NCBI RefSeq assembly: GCF_004010195.1
Contig: NC_057728.1
Span: forward strand, 41,768,844-41,832,843
Direction: 5' to 3'
Origin: Chiloscyllium plagiosum
Lineage: Eukaryota
DNA: 64,000 bases
Part shown: in pieces, positions 52,253 to 64,000 of the stretch
Layout of the letters: every line of letters begins with the position of its first letter
Position numbering within the stretch: the stretch's first letter is position 1
Made by a program: the position numbers and the translations under genes
The notes under the pieces: model-generated
Database searches by the model: none
The model's input: only the letters and a program-made list of their open reading frames with translations
What the model was told of the DNA's origin: nothing

Positions 52253-52635
52253 ATGAGGTGTAGCTGGGAGTGGAATACGTGGATGGAGGTGGGGGTGAAG
52301 GTGATAGGTTGGAATGGATAGGTGGAAATGAAGATTGACAAAGGGACAGTCCTGAGGATGGTGCTGAGCTGGAGGTTAGGAAGTGTGGTAAGGTGGGGGA
52401 GGGGAAATGAGGAATAATTGTTGAGGTCCACATTGATGCCCTGAGGTTGAAGGGTTCAAAGGCAGAAGATGAGGCAATCTTCCTCCAGGTGTCAGGTGGT
52501 GAGGGCATGGCAAAGGAGGAGGCCCAGGACCTGCATGTCCTCTGCACAGTGGGAGGGGGAGTTGAAATGTTCAGCCAAGGGGCGGTGGGATTGATTGGTG
52601 CGGGTGTCCTGGAGATGTTCCCTAAAGCGCTCTAC
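52253..52635 (-). mobile_element. Penelope-like element: GIY-YIG endonuclease C-terminus and C-rich 3' UTR
   Basis: ERFREHLQDTRTNQSHRPLAEHFNSPSH..MQVLGLL..LEEDCLIF..TLQPQGINVD, typical of the PLE endonuclease C-terminus. Confidence 0.85.
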
Positions 52636-52638
52636 GAA

Positions 52639-53052
52639 CATAAGACCATAAGACATAGGTGTGGAAGTAAGGCCATTCGGCCCATTGAGTCCACTCCGCC
52701 ATTCAATCATGGCTGATGCTAGGAAATTGTTTCAGTTAAACGAGGAGACTAGGACCTGTGGACACAGCCTTAGAATTAGAGGGGGTCATTTCAGAACAGA
52801 CATGCGGAGACATTTCTTCAGCCAGAGAGTGTTGGGCCTGTGGAATTCATTGCCACGGAGTGCAGTGGAAGCCGGGATGCTAAATGTCTTCAAGGCCGAG
52901 ATTGATAGATTCTTGTTGTCTCGAGGAATTAAGGGCTACGGGGAGAACGCTGGTAAGTGAAGCTGAAATGCGCATCAGCCATGATTGAATGGCGGAGTGG
53001 ACCCGATGGGCCGAATGGCCTTACTTCCACTCCTATGTCTTATGGTCTTATG
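52639..53052. mobile_element. CR1 3' end flanked by an inverted copy of its own tail
   Basis: ORF 52661 TRTCGHSLRI..FFSQRVLGLWNSLP; 81-bp inverted arms at 52639-52719 and 52972-53052. Confidence 0.9.
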
Positions 53053-54314
53053 GTCTTATTAATTCTGCCGTGGTTGCCACATGCTAGCCCCCACTCTATA
53101 CCATCCTCCAAGATACATACAGTATCTGAGCTAGTGGCTTGACAGATCAAGTAACAGTGTTCCTGCATTAGTGCTGTCCAGTTGCATCCTCTCTTCCTCA
53201 TCTTGGCCTGCTGAGGCTGGGTAGTCAGCAGCTTTTCAATGTCTGAAAGTAGCTAAGTTAGACAGGAAAGAATGGGCTGAAGGATGTGTGTGGAAAGCAA
53301 GTAATAGTAAGAGGAAACAAAACAGAAGTTGCTGGAAAAGCTCAGCAGATGACCCTTCCTCAGAATTGGGATTTACAAATCCTCAGTTCTTTTGGATTTT
53401 AATAGCAGGATGAAGGTGAACTGGAATGCAAAGCACAAGAGTTTCACATATGAATATTGTGCATGAGCCCTGAGTACCAGGCACTGTTGATGGGTGTGTT
53501 TGTTGAGGGGTGGGAGCGCAGTGTTGTAGATTGAGCAGCATATGAATCTAGTGGCAGATCTGGTAGGAGGTAAAGTTGCACTACTTGTGGCAAGTCATTA
53601 GGTTTCTTGTGACACTGATACCAGGTTCTAAGGACCTGATTGTGAGAATTAGTCTTTCCTATCCCTGACTTCCAATCCCTTCTGGGTTGTCCTTGAGGGC
53701 CATGATTCCCAACCCTGCTCCCCACATCCTCCCAACTCCTCCCTCCCCCATCACCACCGCCAGTCCCGCACTCCTGTTGCTGTCATGACATCTTTCCATC
53801 CACCCCCCTCTATCATAAAGACCTTCAGTAATGCATCCTTGATCCTGATCACACAGCCCTCCTCCCCCCTCACCCTCATGACTCCAATCCTCTCTGCCCT
53901 GGTGTTCCATCTTCCTTCTTTAGAATTGCAACAGTAGTATTCAGCAGCAGCTAACTGTCAGTCATTGTGTCTTCTCTTTACATGTGTTATTAAGAACAGA
54001 AAGCTGTATGCCCTACATCCTACAAGTGAAAACTGTTCGCCTCCCAACTCAGAGCAGGGGCAGTCAGCAGCAAGGCCCAAACTCTGCACTAATGCAACAA
54101 TCAGGTAAATGGGGTGGCACTGGCAGAACCAATTTGCAAGCTGCCCTCCTTCCCCAAAACTAGTGCCGGCAGCTTGTGAATCATGGTTCTTGTACCTGAA
54201 TAACTGCTCAATTCAATTTTTTAGTAAAGAGGTTTCGGGGGCAGGAATGGACATTGGTGAAATATGTTTTTATAGGTGTGAGCAGTCTTCAACTGCAGCA
54301 CCATACCCAAAATA

Positions 54315-54506
54315 CAATAGTCCCCCCATACCCCCTGGAGATACATTCCAAGACCTACTGCGGAAGCATGAAACCGCAGATAGATGCAAACCCATTCATT
54401 TAAATAGGAAATTTACCTTCCCAGCAGCCCTCTGGTCCATGGTTCCTTGTAATATGTTCGGGCCACAGTAAACTGGGGGTAACTGATGGATTCGGGGGTC
54501 ACCCTG
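54315..54506. mobile_element. Tigger/MER2-like MITE
   Basis: TA-caatagtcccccc..ttccaagacc..gaaaccgcagat ... ggattcgggggtcaccctg-TA; imperfect TIRs and TA flanks. Confidence 0.65.
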
Positions 54507-55019
54507 TATCTGTATTTCACAACTTCAATTTGCATACTAAAAAGAACAAGTTCCTGAAACAAGCTTCAACCTTCAACTGTGTAGGAATTGCTATCTTTTA
54601 TGGTGAAAGTTCCATTAAAACCAGGGCATATTCCTTCTGGGGACTTAGACAGGTCAGTTTAATTCTTCATTAACATTATTGACCAATAATCTGTTGGGTA
54701 CACAAATGTTTGAAGGTGTCAGGAAAAGTTGTTAAAAATATTACATAAATCCAATGTGCACAAGTCGGTGTTTTCTGTTCTACTGCATTTATCTACCAAA
54801 CTGCAATATCCATGTTGACTTTTCTGCAATATCACAATATAGCTCAGACATGCCACAGGCAATCATGGGAGGTTGATCATCAGCATAATGTCGAACTGTC
54901 CATCAGTTTTCAATTAATTTTGGATTATTTCTGCTTGTAAAGATTTTTGGAATTGAGATCCAGAAATGAGATGAATAACTAAATAAACTGATGTTTTTTG
55001 GTACTCTTCCTCAGAGGAA

Positions 55020-55170
55020 GACTGTGGGCCAGGAGAGTTCCATTGTTTTTCAAGTAGGTGCTGAAGGATCTTTAACATCTGCTTGAACAGATAGGCCTAA
55101 GTTTAGCTTCTTATCCCAGGGCAGTGCAGCAGTGTCTTGGTCCTGAGCTGAAATATAAGTCTATACTCCA
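55020..55170 (-). mobile_element. Deu-domain SINE fragment
   Basis: ggatctttaacatctgcttga..ggcctaagtttagc..cagtgcagca resembles the reverse complement of the 15805 family. Confidence 0.4.
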
Positions 55171-55479
55171 CATTTGAGTCCTAGAAAGTGCTCACTCCTT
55201 TTCCTTTTGATTTAATTTGCTACAATATTGAGCTCGTGTGATCATGACCATAACTGTCTGACAAAGAAGCACATCACTTTATCCTGCTAGAAAGGTCTGC
55301 TGTGAGAGGTCATTGATTTTTCCAATCAACATTTTAGCAGTTCATTGAATAGATAGCCAATCTGGACATCCCATTCTCTGTTATAGTAAAATAGCAATTG
55401 TTGAAACATTTACCAGTAGAGATGGATTTGGAGCTCTGAACCATGGTTGTCCAATTTGTTTACTAAACTTATTTAAACC

Positions 55480-55566
55480 AACCACCTGACGAGGAGTAGC
55501 GCTCCAAAAGCTTGTGATTTCAAATAAACCTGTTGGATTATAATCTGGTGTCATGTGACTTCTGAC
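55480..55566 (+). mobile_element. PLE family B terminal fragment, mutated HHR
   Basis: cac-CTGACGA-ggagtagcgctcc-AAAA-gcttgtg..aaataaacctgttgga..tggtgtcatgtgacttctgac. Confidence 0.75.
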
Positions 55567-58212
55567 AAGGAGGATAAAGGCATGCAATTCACATGTTAAA
55601 GTTCTGCTTTGATTACACTGAGAAAGCTAAATAAGCATCAGAGCAGGGAAGAAATAGAAGGATATTAAGAGGGTTACTCATGTGAAGCTTCAACACCAGC
55701 AGGGACTATGTGGGCAAATGGCCTGTTACTGTACTATAATTACATGTAGGAATTTTTGTGCAAAATTGGTCAGGAGTTTTCATGCAGCTATTGTCTCACT
55801 TAATTAGGTGTCCCAAAACAAAATCTTAACTACTGGATAAATACATTTCCAGTACATGTCACTGGATAATGAAAAAATATTGGTAAATACTGGATCAGTT
55901 TTCCCTTTCCTAGTCTAGAGATAATGAGGCTTATTGTGCTATCTGTACTGCTGTGTTGCCTGAAACCAGCTAACCAACAAAGAACATGGATCAAACCTGA
56001 GATTTGGTCATATCTTAATAATAAGTTACAGTTTGTTCAAAATCCCATGTAATTTACTTATAAATTCTACTTAGACTTTTCATCCAATGTGCAAAAGTCT
56101 GTTTTATTGCTTTCAACCACCATAACAGCAATCTACAATATTTACTTAAAATACTTGAACATTACAATATACCTCAAATATGCCACAGACAATTTTGTGC
56201 AGGTTTGATCTCAGGAATGTTGTTAAAGCTGGCCACCGACTTTCAATTAATCATGGATTCTCTTTACCTCAGCTTGTAAAGATTCTTGTAATCGGAGGCC
56301 ATCACTCTTATTACAATTCTCATTTCTGAAACATTTTTGAAAAGCATTATTTCACATCAAAATGAGGCAAATGTACATTGAATCTTCGTGAATGGTGCTG
56401 GACTTTCACAAGACACGTTTGACAGACTTAACTGAAGCACAACTTCAAGACACAACTTGTGTCCCTCAGGATGTAAGAAACTCTGCACGCATTGCCAAGA
56501 GAATAATTTTTCTAGAAAAATGATAACCATTCAGAAAGCCAAACCACATTAAAGAAACAATGTACCTATTTGGCACAGTGCCAAGAATGTCATTCAAACC
56601 TCGCAAAAATCAAAACTAGACATTGCAAAGTATGCCTTCAGCATACTTTTGACTTCCAGCTCAGGATCAAAATCAGTTGTCACATTACAAAGTAATTTTA
56701 AGGCATGTTTAAATAAATAGTGGGACTGCAGTTCAACAGTCTTCATGTTTGCCAACATTCACAATGAATTTTAAGGACCATGCAAATGTTTGAGCTAGGG
56801 TGGCAGCCAAGGTTGTATTGACAACTTTGTGATTTACAGATGTTTGTATCAAATGTAATATTTAATTATTTGAGAGCTGACATTATGCATATCTTCTCAG
56901 AAAAAATATTTCTTTTTAATTTTTCAAATGGCAGTGACTCATACTATGGTGTAATTCTGTCCCTCGGAGAGTGACTCAACTAACCATTCTTTATCCATCT
57001 TTTGGACTTATGAAGTTTTACATAGCTGCTAGAGTTCAAAATATCTTCAAATAGATGCTAATTAAATATACAATTGGATTTGAACACATTCTCTGATAAA
57101 GTATTGAGATTATGATTTTGTGAAGCAGGGAAAGAAACCAAATAGTTTTTTTAAAAAAGCTACTGAGAATGTTAGCAATGGCCCATACATTCATAGAATG
57201 CTTACAGCCCAGGAGGAGGACATTCAGCCCATTGTGTCCATGCTGGAACAACTATACATTACACTGTCATTTTTCTCTGTTGGTTCTGAAAATATTTCCT
57301 CTTCATATAATGTGAATGTTGAAGAAAAAGCCAGTTGGGCATATAAAACAACCCCTCTTATTTGGCAGCAAACACACATATGGCAAAAACCCATAACCCA
57401 TAAAAACCCAAGATCTCATTTTGCAGTGAATAAATGCATATTTTGGGCTACTTTCACCTTAAGAACCAGCTCAGTTTTTCAGCTCAGAAATGCAGCTGAA
57501 GGTTACACTTACTTTAAAATCTGCACTTGGAATCAAGCAGATGTTATGAGCCACATTGCCAAATAGCTTATCACACACCAACACAGAACACAGTGATAGA
57601 CATTTGTTAACTTGTCAAATAGCTATTGGTGTTAGTGAATAGAAGATGAATCAATCTGTCCTGTAGACGATTCTCAGAGCAAATGCAACCTGAGAACAGG
57701 AACCAGCCACTAGTTTGGACTTGAGAAACATATATTGGGAATGGGTCCTTGAAAATCAGAATGGCTACACTGTTACCAGAAATACAATGCATGTATACAC
57801 ACTTCAATGGGCCAAATCAGATGCTGAGTGCAGCAAAGACTTCAGACAGCAGCTGACTGATGTACACTCACATTGGGTTCAGAATGGTGAGTGCTGTGAT
57901 GAAGATCAAAATCGCTTCGTGACCACCAGTAGGGCTTATCCAGTGATTCGTCATCATATACTGGCAAAAAGGCAAGTTTCCATTTTCTTATATTGGCAAC
58001 ATGGATGAAATGCTCTTGAATTTCAATATTCTGAACAGCCAAACTATGGAATGGAAATGTTCAAATCTAATTCTACTGGAAATCACAGGACATGAGAAGG
58101 CAAGGTTTACAGTGGTACTATTTGGCATGGCCAACAGATTAAGATATAAACATATGGTATTTTTCAAAGGTAAAACACGTAGAAAAAAGCAAAACTTCCC
58201 TAAAGGAATTTC

Positions 58213-58640
58213 ATAGAATCACACAGCACAGAAGAGTTCCTTCAGCCCATCGAGTCCATACTGCCAAAAATAATCTACCACCTACATAAGCTCCACCTGC
58301 CCACACTCGGCCCATAACCTTGAATGTTACACTATTTCAGGTGATTATTCAGGTAATTCTTAAAGGTTGTGAAGTTTCTTGCCTCATCTACCCTTCTAGA
58401 CAGTGCATTCCAAACCCACACCACTCTCTGGGTGAAAAAGCTTTTCCTCAAAGCCCCACAAAACATTCTACCTTTCACTTTAAAGTTTTGCCCCCGTGTG
58501 ATTGATCCTTTGACTAAAGGGAACAGCTGCTTTCTATTCACCCTGTCCATCCCACTCATAATCTTATACACCAACACCACCACACCCCCAACAACCGTCT
58601 CTGCTCCAAAGAAAACAACTGAGTTTACCCAGTTTCTTTT
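58213..58640 (-). mobile_element. CR1 3' fragment inserted in the pogo element
   Basis: ORF 58332-58676 VYKIMSGMDRV..TRGQNFKV..FFTQRVVWVWNAL. Confidence 0.9.
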
Positions 58641-59267
58641 TATTGTTGAAATGCTCCATTGAGTGTACATGTCCATGACAACAGTTGGATGGAATGAAGA
58701 TGTTGGTCAATGTGTAGAATAGGTGTTCCAGTGGTCAGCACAAAGAACACAGCTCATTACTGTGGGACATATTCAGATTCTGTGCCCGCAAAGAAATAAC
58801 ACTCAAATTGTAATTGTACCTGTGGTTTAATATTCACAGTTCATCGTTTAGATGTGTGCGTCAACAAGTCATTTGAGGATCATATTCATTCTGAATGAAA
58901 CTAATAATAGTTGACAGAGAAAAACTCTTTACAAATATGTGTGCTGTCCTGCTTGACATTTGATTGGTTTTGTCATCAAATCATGGGACTCTATCAAATC
59001 CTGAACTGTCATTAGATTGTTCAAAAAGTGCAGAACATCTAATTCAATGGATGGAGAGGAAGATCATTTATGAGGGAGAAATGATTCTGAAATTGATAGC
59101 ATCATCCAGAATGGGCTCCTTATGATGATACCATAGCCAAGAAGACTCAAGTTTAATTCGATATACTCTTTTCATTGAATTTGACAGATTTTAAAACATT
59201 GCATTATTGTTCAAGCCATCCTTGTAAAATTGTTTAGTGAAACAGTTTACGTTAATTTAATCTGAAT

Positions 59268-62200
59268 TAGGGACATAGGAAAGGAAAAGGTTGAGATTCT
59301 GAAGGAAGATTACAGAGTGGCAGAAATTTAAAAAGGAGGTCCTCGAGAGTAGTAATGTCTGGATTACTCCCGGTGCTACGAGCTAGTGAGGGCAGGAATA
59401 GAAGGATAGAGCAGATGAATGCATGACTGAGGAGCTGGTGTATGGGAAAAGGATTCACAGTTTTGGATCATTGGAATCTCTTTTGGGGTAGAAGTGACCT
59501 GTACAAGAAGGATGGATTGCACCTAAATTGGAAGGGGACTAATATACTGGCAGGGAGGTTTGCTAGAGCTGCTTGGGAGAATTTAAACTAGTAAAGTTGG
59601 GGGCAGAGGGGGTGGGGGAGAGGGGGTGGTGGGACTCAGGGAGATAGTGAGGAAAGAGATCAATCTGAGACTGGTACAGTTGAAAACAGAAGCAAGTCAA
59701 ACAGTCAGGGCAGGCAGGGACAAGGTAGGACTAATAAATTAAACTGCATTTATTTCAATGCAAGGGGCATTTTTGATAAGGGATAGCATTACAGCTGTGC
59801 TGAGGGAGGATATTCCTGGAAATACATCCAGGGAAGTTATTTGGATGGAATTGAGAAATAAGAAAGGGATGATCACCTTATTGGGATTGTATTATAGAAC
59901 CCCCAATAGTCAGAGGGAAATTGAGAAACAAACTTGTAAGGAGATCTCAGCTATTTGTAAGAATAGGGTGGTTATGGTAGGGGACTTTAACTTTCCAAAC
60001 ATAGACTGGGACTGCCATAGTGTTAAGGGTTTAGATGGAGAGGAATTTATTAAGTGTGTACAAGAAAATCTTCTGAATCAGTATGTGGATATACCTACTA
60101 GAGAAGGTGCAAAACTTGACCTACTCTGGGAAATAAGGCAGGGCAGGTGACTGAGGTGTCAGTGGGGGTGCACTTTGGGCCAGCGACCATAATTCCATTA
60201 GATTTAAAATAGTGATGGAAAGGGATAGATCAGATCTAAAAGTTGAAGTTCTAAATTGGAGAAAGGCCAATTTTGACGGTATTAGGCAAGAACTTTTGAA
60301 AATTGATTGGGTGCAGATGTTCGCAGGTAAAGGGACGGCTGGAAAATGGGAAGCCTTCAGAAATGAGATAATGAGAATCCAGAGAAAGTATATTCCTGTT
60401 AGGGTGAAAGGAAAGTCTGGTAGGTATAGGGAATGCTGGATGACTAAAGAAATTGAGGTTTTGGTTAAGAAAAAGAAGGAAGCATATGTCAGGTATAGAC
60501 AGGATAGATAGATTGAATCCTTAAAAGAGGAGAAAGGAAGTAGGAGTATACTTAAGTGGGAAATCAGTGGGGCAAAAAGGGGACATGAGATAACTTTGGC
60601 AAATAAAATTAAGGAGAATCCAAAGAGATTTTACAAATACATTAAGGAGAAAAGGGTAACTAGGGAGAGAACAGAGTCCCTCAAAGATCAGCAAGGTGGC
60701 CTTTGTGTGGAGCTGCAGAAAATGGGGGAGATACTAAATTAGCATTTTGCATCAGTATTTACTGTGGAAAAGGATATGGAAAATATAGACTTTACGGAAA
60801 TAGATGGTGACATCTTGCAAAATGTCCATATTACAGAGGAGGAAGTGCTGGATGTCTAGAAATGGGTAAAGGTGGATAAATCCCCAGGACCTGATCAGGT
60901 GTACCCTAGAACTCTGTGGGAAGCTAGAAAAATGATTGCTGGGCCTCTTGCTGAGATATTTGTATCATTGATAGTCACAGGTGAGGTGCCGGAAGACTGG
61001 AGGTTGGCAAACGTGGTGCCACTATTTAAGAAGGCTGGTAAGGACAAGCCAGAGAATTATAGACCAGTGAGCCTGACTTCAGTGTTGGGCAAGTTGTTGG
61101 AGGGAATCCTGAGGGACAGGGTGTACATGTATTTGGAAAGGCAAGAACTGATTAGGAATAGTTAACATGGCTTTGTGCGTGGGAAATCATGTCTCACAAA
61201 CTTGATTGAGTTTTTTGAGGAAGTAACAAAAAGGATTGATGAGCGCAGAGCGGTAGATGTGATCTATATAGACTTCAGTAAGGCGTTTGACAAGGTTCCC
61301 CATGGGACACTGATTGGCAATGTTAGATCTCACGCAATACAGGGAGAACTAGCCATTTGGATACAAAACTGGCTCAAAGGTAGAAGACACAGGGTGGTGT
61401 TGGAGGGTTGTTTTTCAGACTGGAGGCCTGTGACCAGTGGAGTGCCACAATGATCGGTACTGTGTCCCCTACTTTTTTCATTTACAGAAATGATTTGGAT
61501 GCGAGCATAAGAGGTACAGTTAATAAGTTTGCAGATGACACCAAATTGGAGGTGTAGTGGACAGCGAAGAGGGTTACCTCAGATTACAACAGGATCTGGA
61601 CTAGATGGGCCAATGGGCTGAGAAGTGGCAGATGGAGTTTAATTCGGATAAATGTGAGGTGGTGCATTTTGGGAAAGCAAATCTTAGCAGGACTTATACA
61701 CTTCATGGTAAGGTCCTAGGGCGTGTTGCTGAACAAAGAGACCTTGGAGTGCAGGTTCAAAGCTCTTTGAAAGTGGAGTTGCAGGTAGATAGTATAGTGA
61801 GGAAGGCATTTGGTATGCTTTCCTTTATTGGGCGGAGTATTGAGTATAGGAGTTGGGAGGTCATGTTGCAGCTGTACAGGACATTGGTTAGGTCACTGTT
61901 GGAATATTGCGTGCAATTCTGATTTCCTTCCTATTGGAAAGGTGTTGTGAAACTTGAAAGGGTTCAGAAAAGATTTACAAAGATGTTGCCAGGGTTGGAG
62001 GACTTGCGCTATAGGAAGAGGCTGAACAGGCTGGGGCTGTTTTCTCTGGATTGTCAGAGGCTGAGGGGTGAACCTATAGAGGTTTACAAAATTATGAGAG
62101 GCATGGATAGGGTAAATAGACAAAGTCTTTTCTCTGTGGTCGGGTAAGTCCAGAACTAGAGGGCGTAGGTTTAGGGTGATAGGGGAAAGATATAAAAGAG

Positions 62201-62453
62201 ACCTTTCGGGCAACAATTTCATGCAGAGGATGGTACGTGTATGGAATGAGCTGCCAGAGGAAGTGATGGAGGCTGGGACAATTGCCACATTTAAGAGGCA
62301 TTTGGATGGGTATACGAATAGGAAGAGTTTGGCAGGATATGGGCCATGTGCTGGCCAGGTGGGACTAGATTGGGTTGGGATATCTGGTTGGCATGGATAG
62401 TTTGGAACGAAGGGTCTGTTTCCATGCAGTACATCTCTATGACTCTATGACTG
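59268..62453 (+). mobile_element. Near full-length CR1 LINE (ORF1 esterase end, endonuclease, RT, 3' tail), inactivated
   Basis: VVMSGLLPV..DGLHLNWKG (ORF1); GLYYRTPN, VGDFNFPNIDW, DKSPGPD, DFSKAFDKVP, KFADDTK, LERVQKRFT; tail ctctatgactctatgact; stops, frameshifts and a deletion near 59768. Confidence 0.97.
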
Positions 62454-62599
62454 TATTGGTTTTTTTAAATCACATTTCAAATGCAGACCATCTATATACA
62501 ACAACACCGGTGATTCACATTTTTATACATGACATGGAAGTTGATTCCTGTTTCAGAATGATCAAAATATTATAAGTTGACTTATATGCTGTGTTCTGC

Positions 62600-63035
62600 A
62601 GTAATTAATCAATTCCTTCTTGAAAGCCTCCACATACTTACCTGCAATGATTCCAAATCCTACCCACTTGCTGCATGATAAATGCTTTTCCACATGTTGT
62701 TGCTGCTTCCTTTTTGCAATCACCTTAAATCAATGTCTTCTAGTTCTTGATCCTTCCACCAATAGGAACAATTTATCTCTATCTGCTCTGTATACTTCCT
62801 TATGATTTTTGACATCTTTAACAAATCTGCTCAGTCTCCTCCAAGGAGAACAATTCCAGTGCCTCAAATCTGTCCATATGCTTGTAGCCACTTTTGTAAA
62901 TCTTTTCTGTATCTCTTTTTTGAACTTACAAAGATACAAATCAGGAGCAGGAGGAAGCCATTCGACCCATCGAGCCTAGACAACCAATCAGTAATAGCTG
63001 ATCTGACTGTGGCCTCAACTCCACATTCTCACCTA
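62600..63035 (-). mobile_element. Old CR1 3' fragments
   Basis: DRDKLFLLVEGSRTRRH; tail aggagcaggaggaagccattcgacccatcgagcc. Confidence 0.7.
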
Positions 63036-63289
63036 AAACTAAAAATGTTGTGACAGTCAACTAACTTTAGATAACAGAAGCTAGAATTTAAATATTACAG
63101 TTGTTCCTTTATTTGTTAATATAAATGACATAGTTGCTGTAATATTTCTGAGGAAAACAGATTTAGTAATATGGCTTTAGTTACATTGAAGGTCTCACAC
63201 AGGTTTATCTAACAACTTATGGTTACAGATAGCAATGCATACTCCCTAACCCTAGCCTGCTCTGTATCCATGAGCAGGAATCCCAAAGG

Positions 63290-64000
63290 CTGTCAGGGTT
63301 AAGGACATCTCCTCTAGGTGGAAAATAACTTGAAGAGGGAGAGGAGAGTTCTAGTAGTTATCATCCATGTTGGTAACAATGGCATTGGCAGGACCTGAAA
63401 GAAGGTTTTGCTGAAAGATTTTGAACAGTTCGGAGTTAACATACAAAGCAGGATCTACAAGGTAATAAACTCTGGATTCTTACCTGAGCTATGAACAAAC
63501 TGGCATAGGGTAAATAATGTTCAGTAGTTAAGTGCGTGACTTAAAGGTTAGTATGGATGGAATGTGTTTCAGTCTGTGGGGCAGTGGCACCAGTACTGGG
63601 GTATGGGAGCTCTTCTGGTGGGATGGGCTTCACTTAACCCGTGCTGGGACCAGTGTCCTGATGAATTAAATAATAGATCTGAAGAGAGGGCTATAAACAA
63701 ATTCAAGAGTGAGTGGAGAGTTTGGGAAAGGAAATGTAGGTTAATAAAGCAAGAAATTATGGCAGCATTGGAGGGCAGATATTTGAATAACGACCCAGAG
63801 TGGGACAGGAAAGGTTAGAAAAGTATTAGTAAATACTTAAATAGAATCAAATTGGAAAAATAGTAACATAAAAAGGCAAACTTAATAGCTTTTTACTTGC
63901 ATGCACATTATATTCAGAACAAAATGAATGAATTAACAGCAGAAGTGCAGGATGGCTGGTCTAATCTCAGAGTCATTACGGAAACGTGATTACAAGATAA
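63290..64000 (+). mobile_element. Old CR1 5' part (ORF1 esterase, start of endonuclease), runs off the window
   Basis: VVIIHVGNNGIG, VINSGFLP, WHQYWG, DG-LHLTR-like, YLHAHYIQNKMNEL, VITET. Confidence 0.85.

Larger units (their letters stand above)
57280..62595 (+). mobile_element. Decayed pogo/Tigger DNA transposon (HTH plus DDD transposase), split by two CR1 insertions
   Basis: EWVLENQNGYTVT (CENP-B-type HTH), IGNMDE, GHEKARFTVVL..MVFFKGK, LLWDIFR, RLDVCVNKSF, SWDSI..FKKC..SNSMDGEED; terminal-like gttgacttatatgc at ~62577. Confidence 0.8.

Noticed and set aside
51403..52263. 286-aa ORF as a host or domesticated gene
   Set aside because: It is a truncated CR1 RT that ends before the catalytic DD motif; the first ~50 codons are unrelated flank
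53140..54240. Possible Harbinger-type transposon remnants (also 40340-41220, 46000-46370, 51000-51500)
   Set aside because: Resemblance is too faint to support a call without a database search
57120..57566. 148-aa ORF
   Set aside because: Runs across a CR1 tail scrap and the pogo terminal region; no protein-like signal

Overview
Eukaryotic, repeat-dense vertebrate DNA with no confidently recognisable host protein-coding gene. The repeat complement points to a cartilaginous fish, probably a shark (inference): HE1/V-SINE-type tRNA SINEs, Deu-domain SINEs, abundant CR1 LINEs and Penelope-like elements (PLEs). The window holds many CR1 copies (one nearly full length at 59.3-62.5 kb), two clear and one tentative Gypsy LTR relic, a Rex1/Babar-like LINE end, an L2 end, a decayed pogo/Tigger transposon, a Tigger-type MITE, LF-SINE-like elements and two N gaps. 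The most notable signal is a set of short, often palindromic, non-coding PLE-derived insertions. They carry minimal hammerhead ribozyme (HHR) cores with a loop-less palindromic helix III, five have 14-16 bp target-site duplications, and their breakpoints cluster at the ribozyme motif. Other leads: a repeat-independent HHR-like/hairpin structure at ~6.15 kb, a tRNA-headed LINE with an internally deleted SINE partner, and a candidate in-frame minus-strand exon pair at ~38.2-38.55 kb. All family names come from motif recognition by eye, not database searches, and boundaries of old repeats are approximate.
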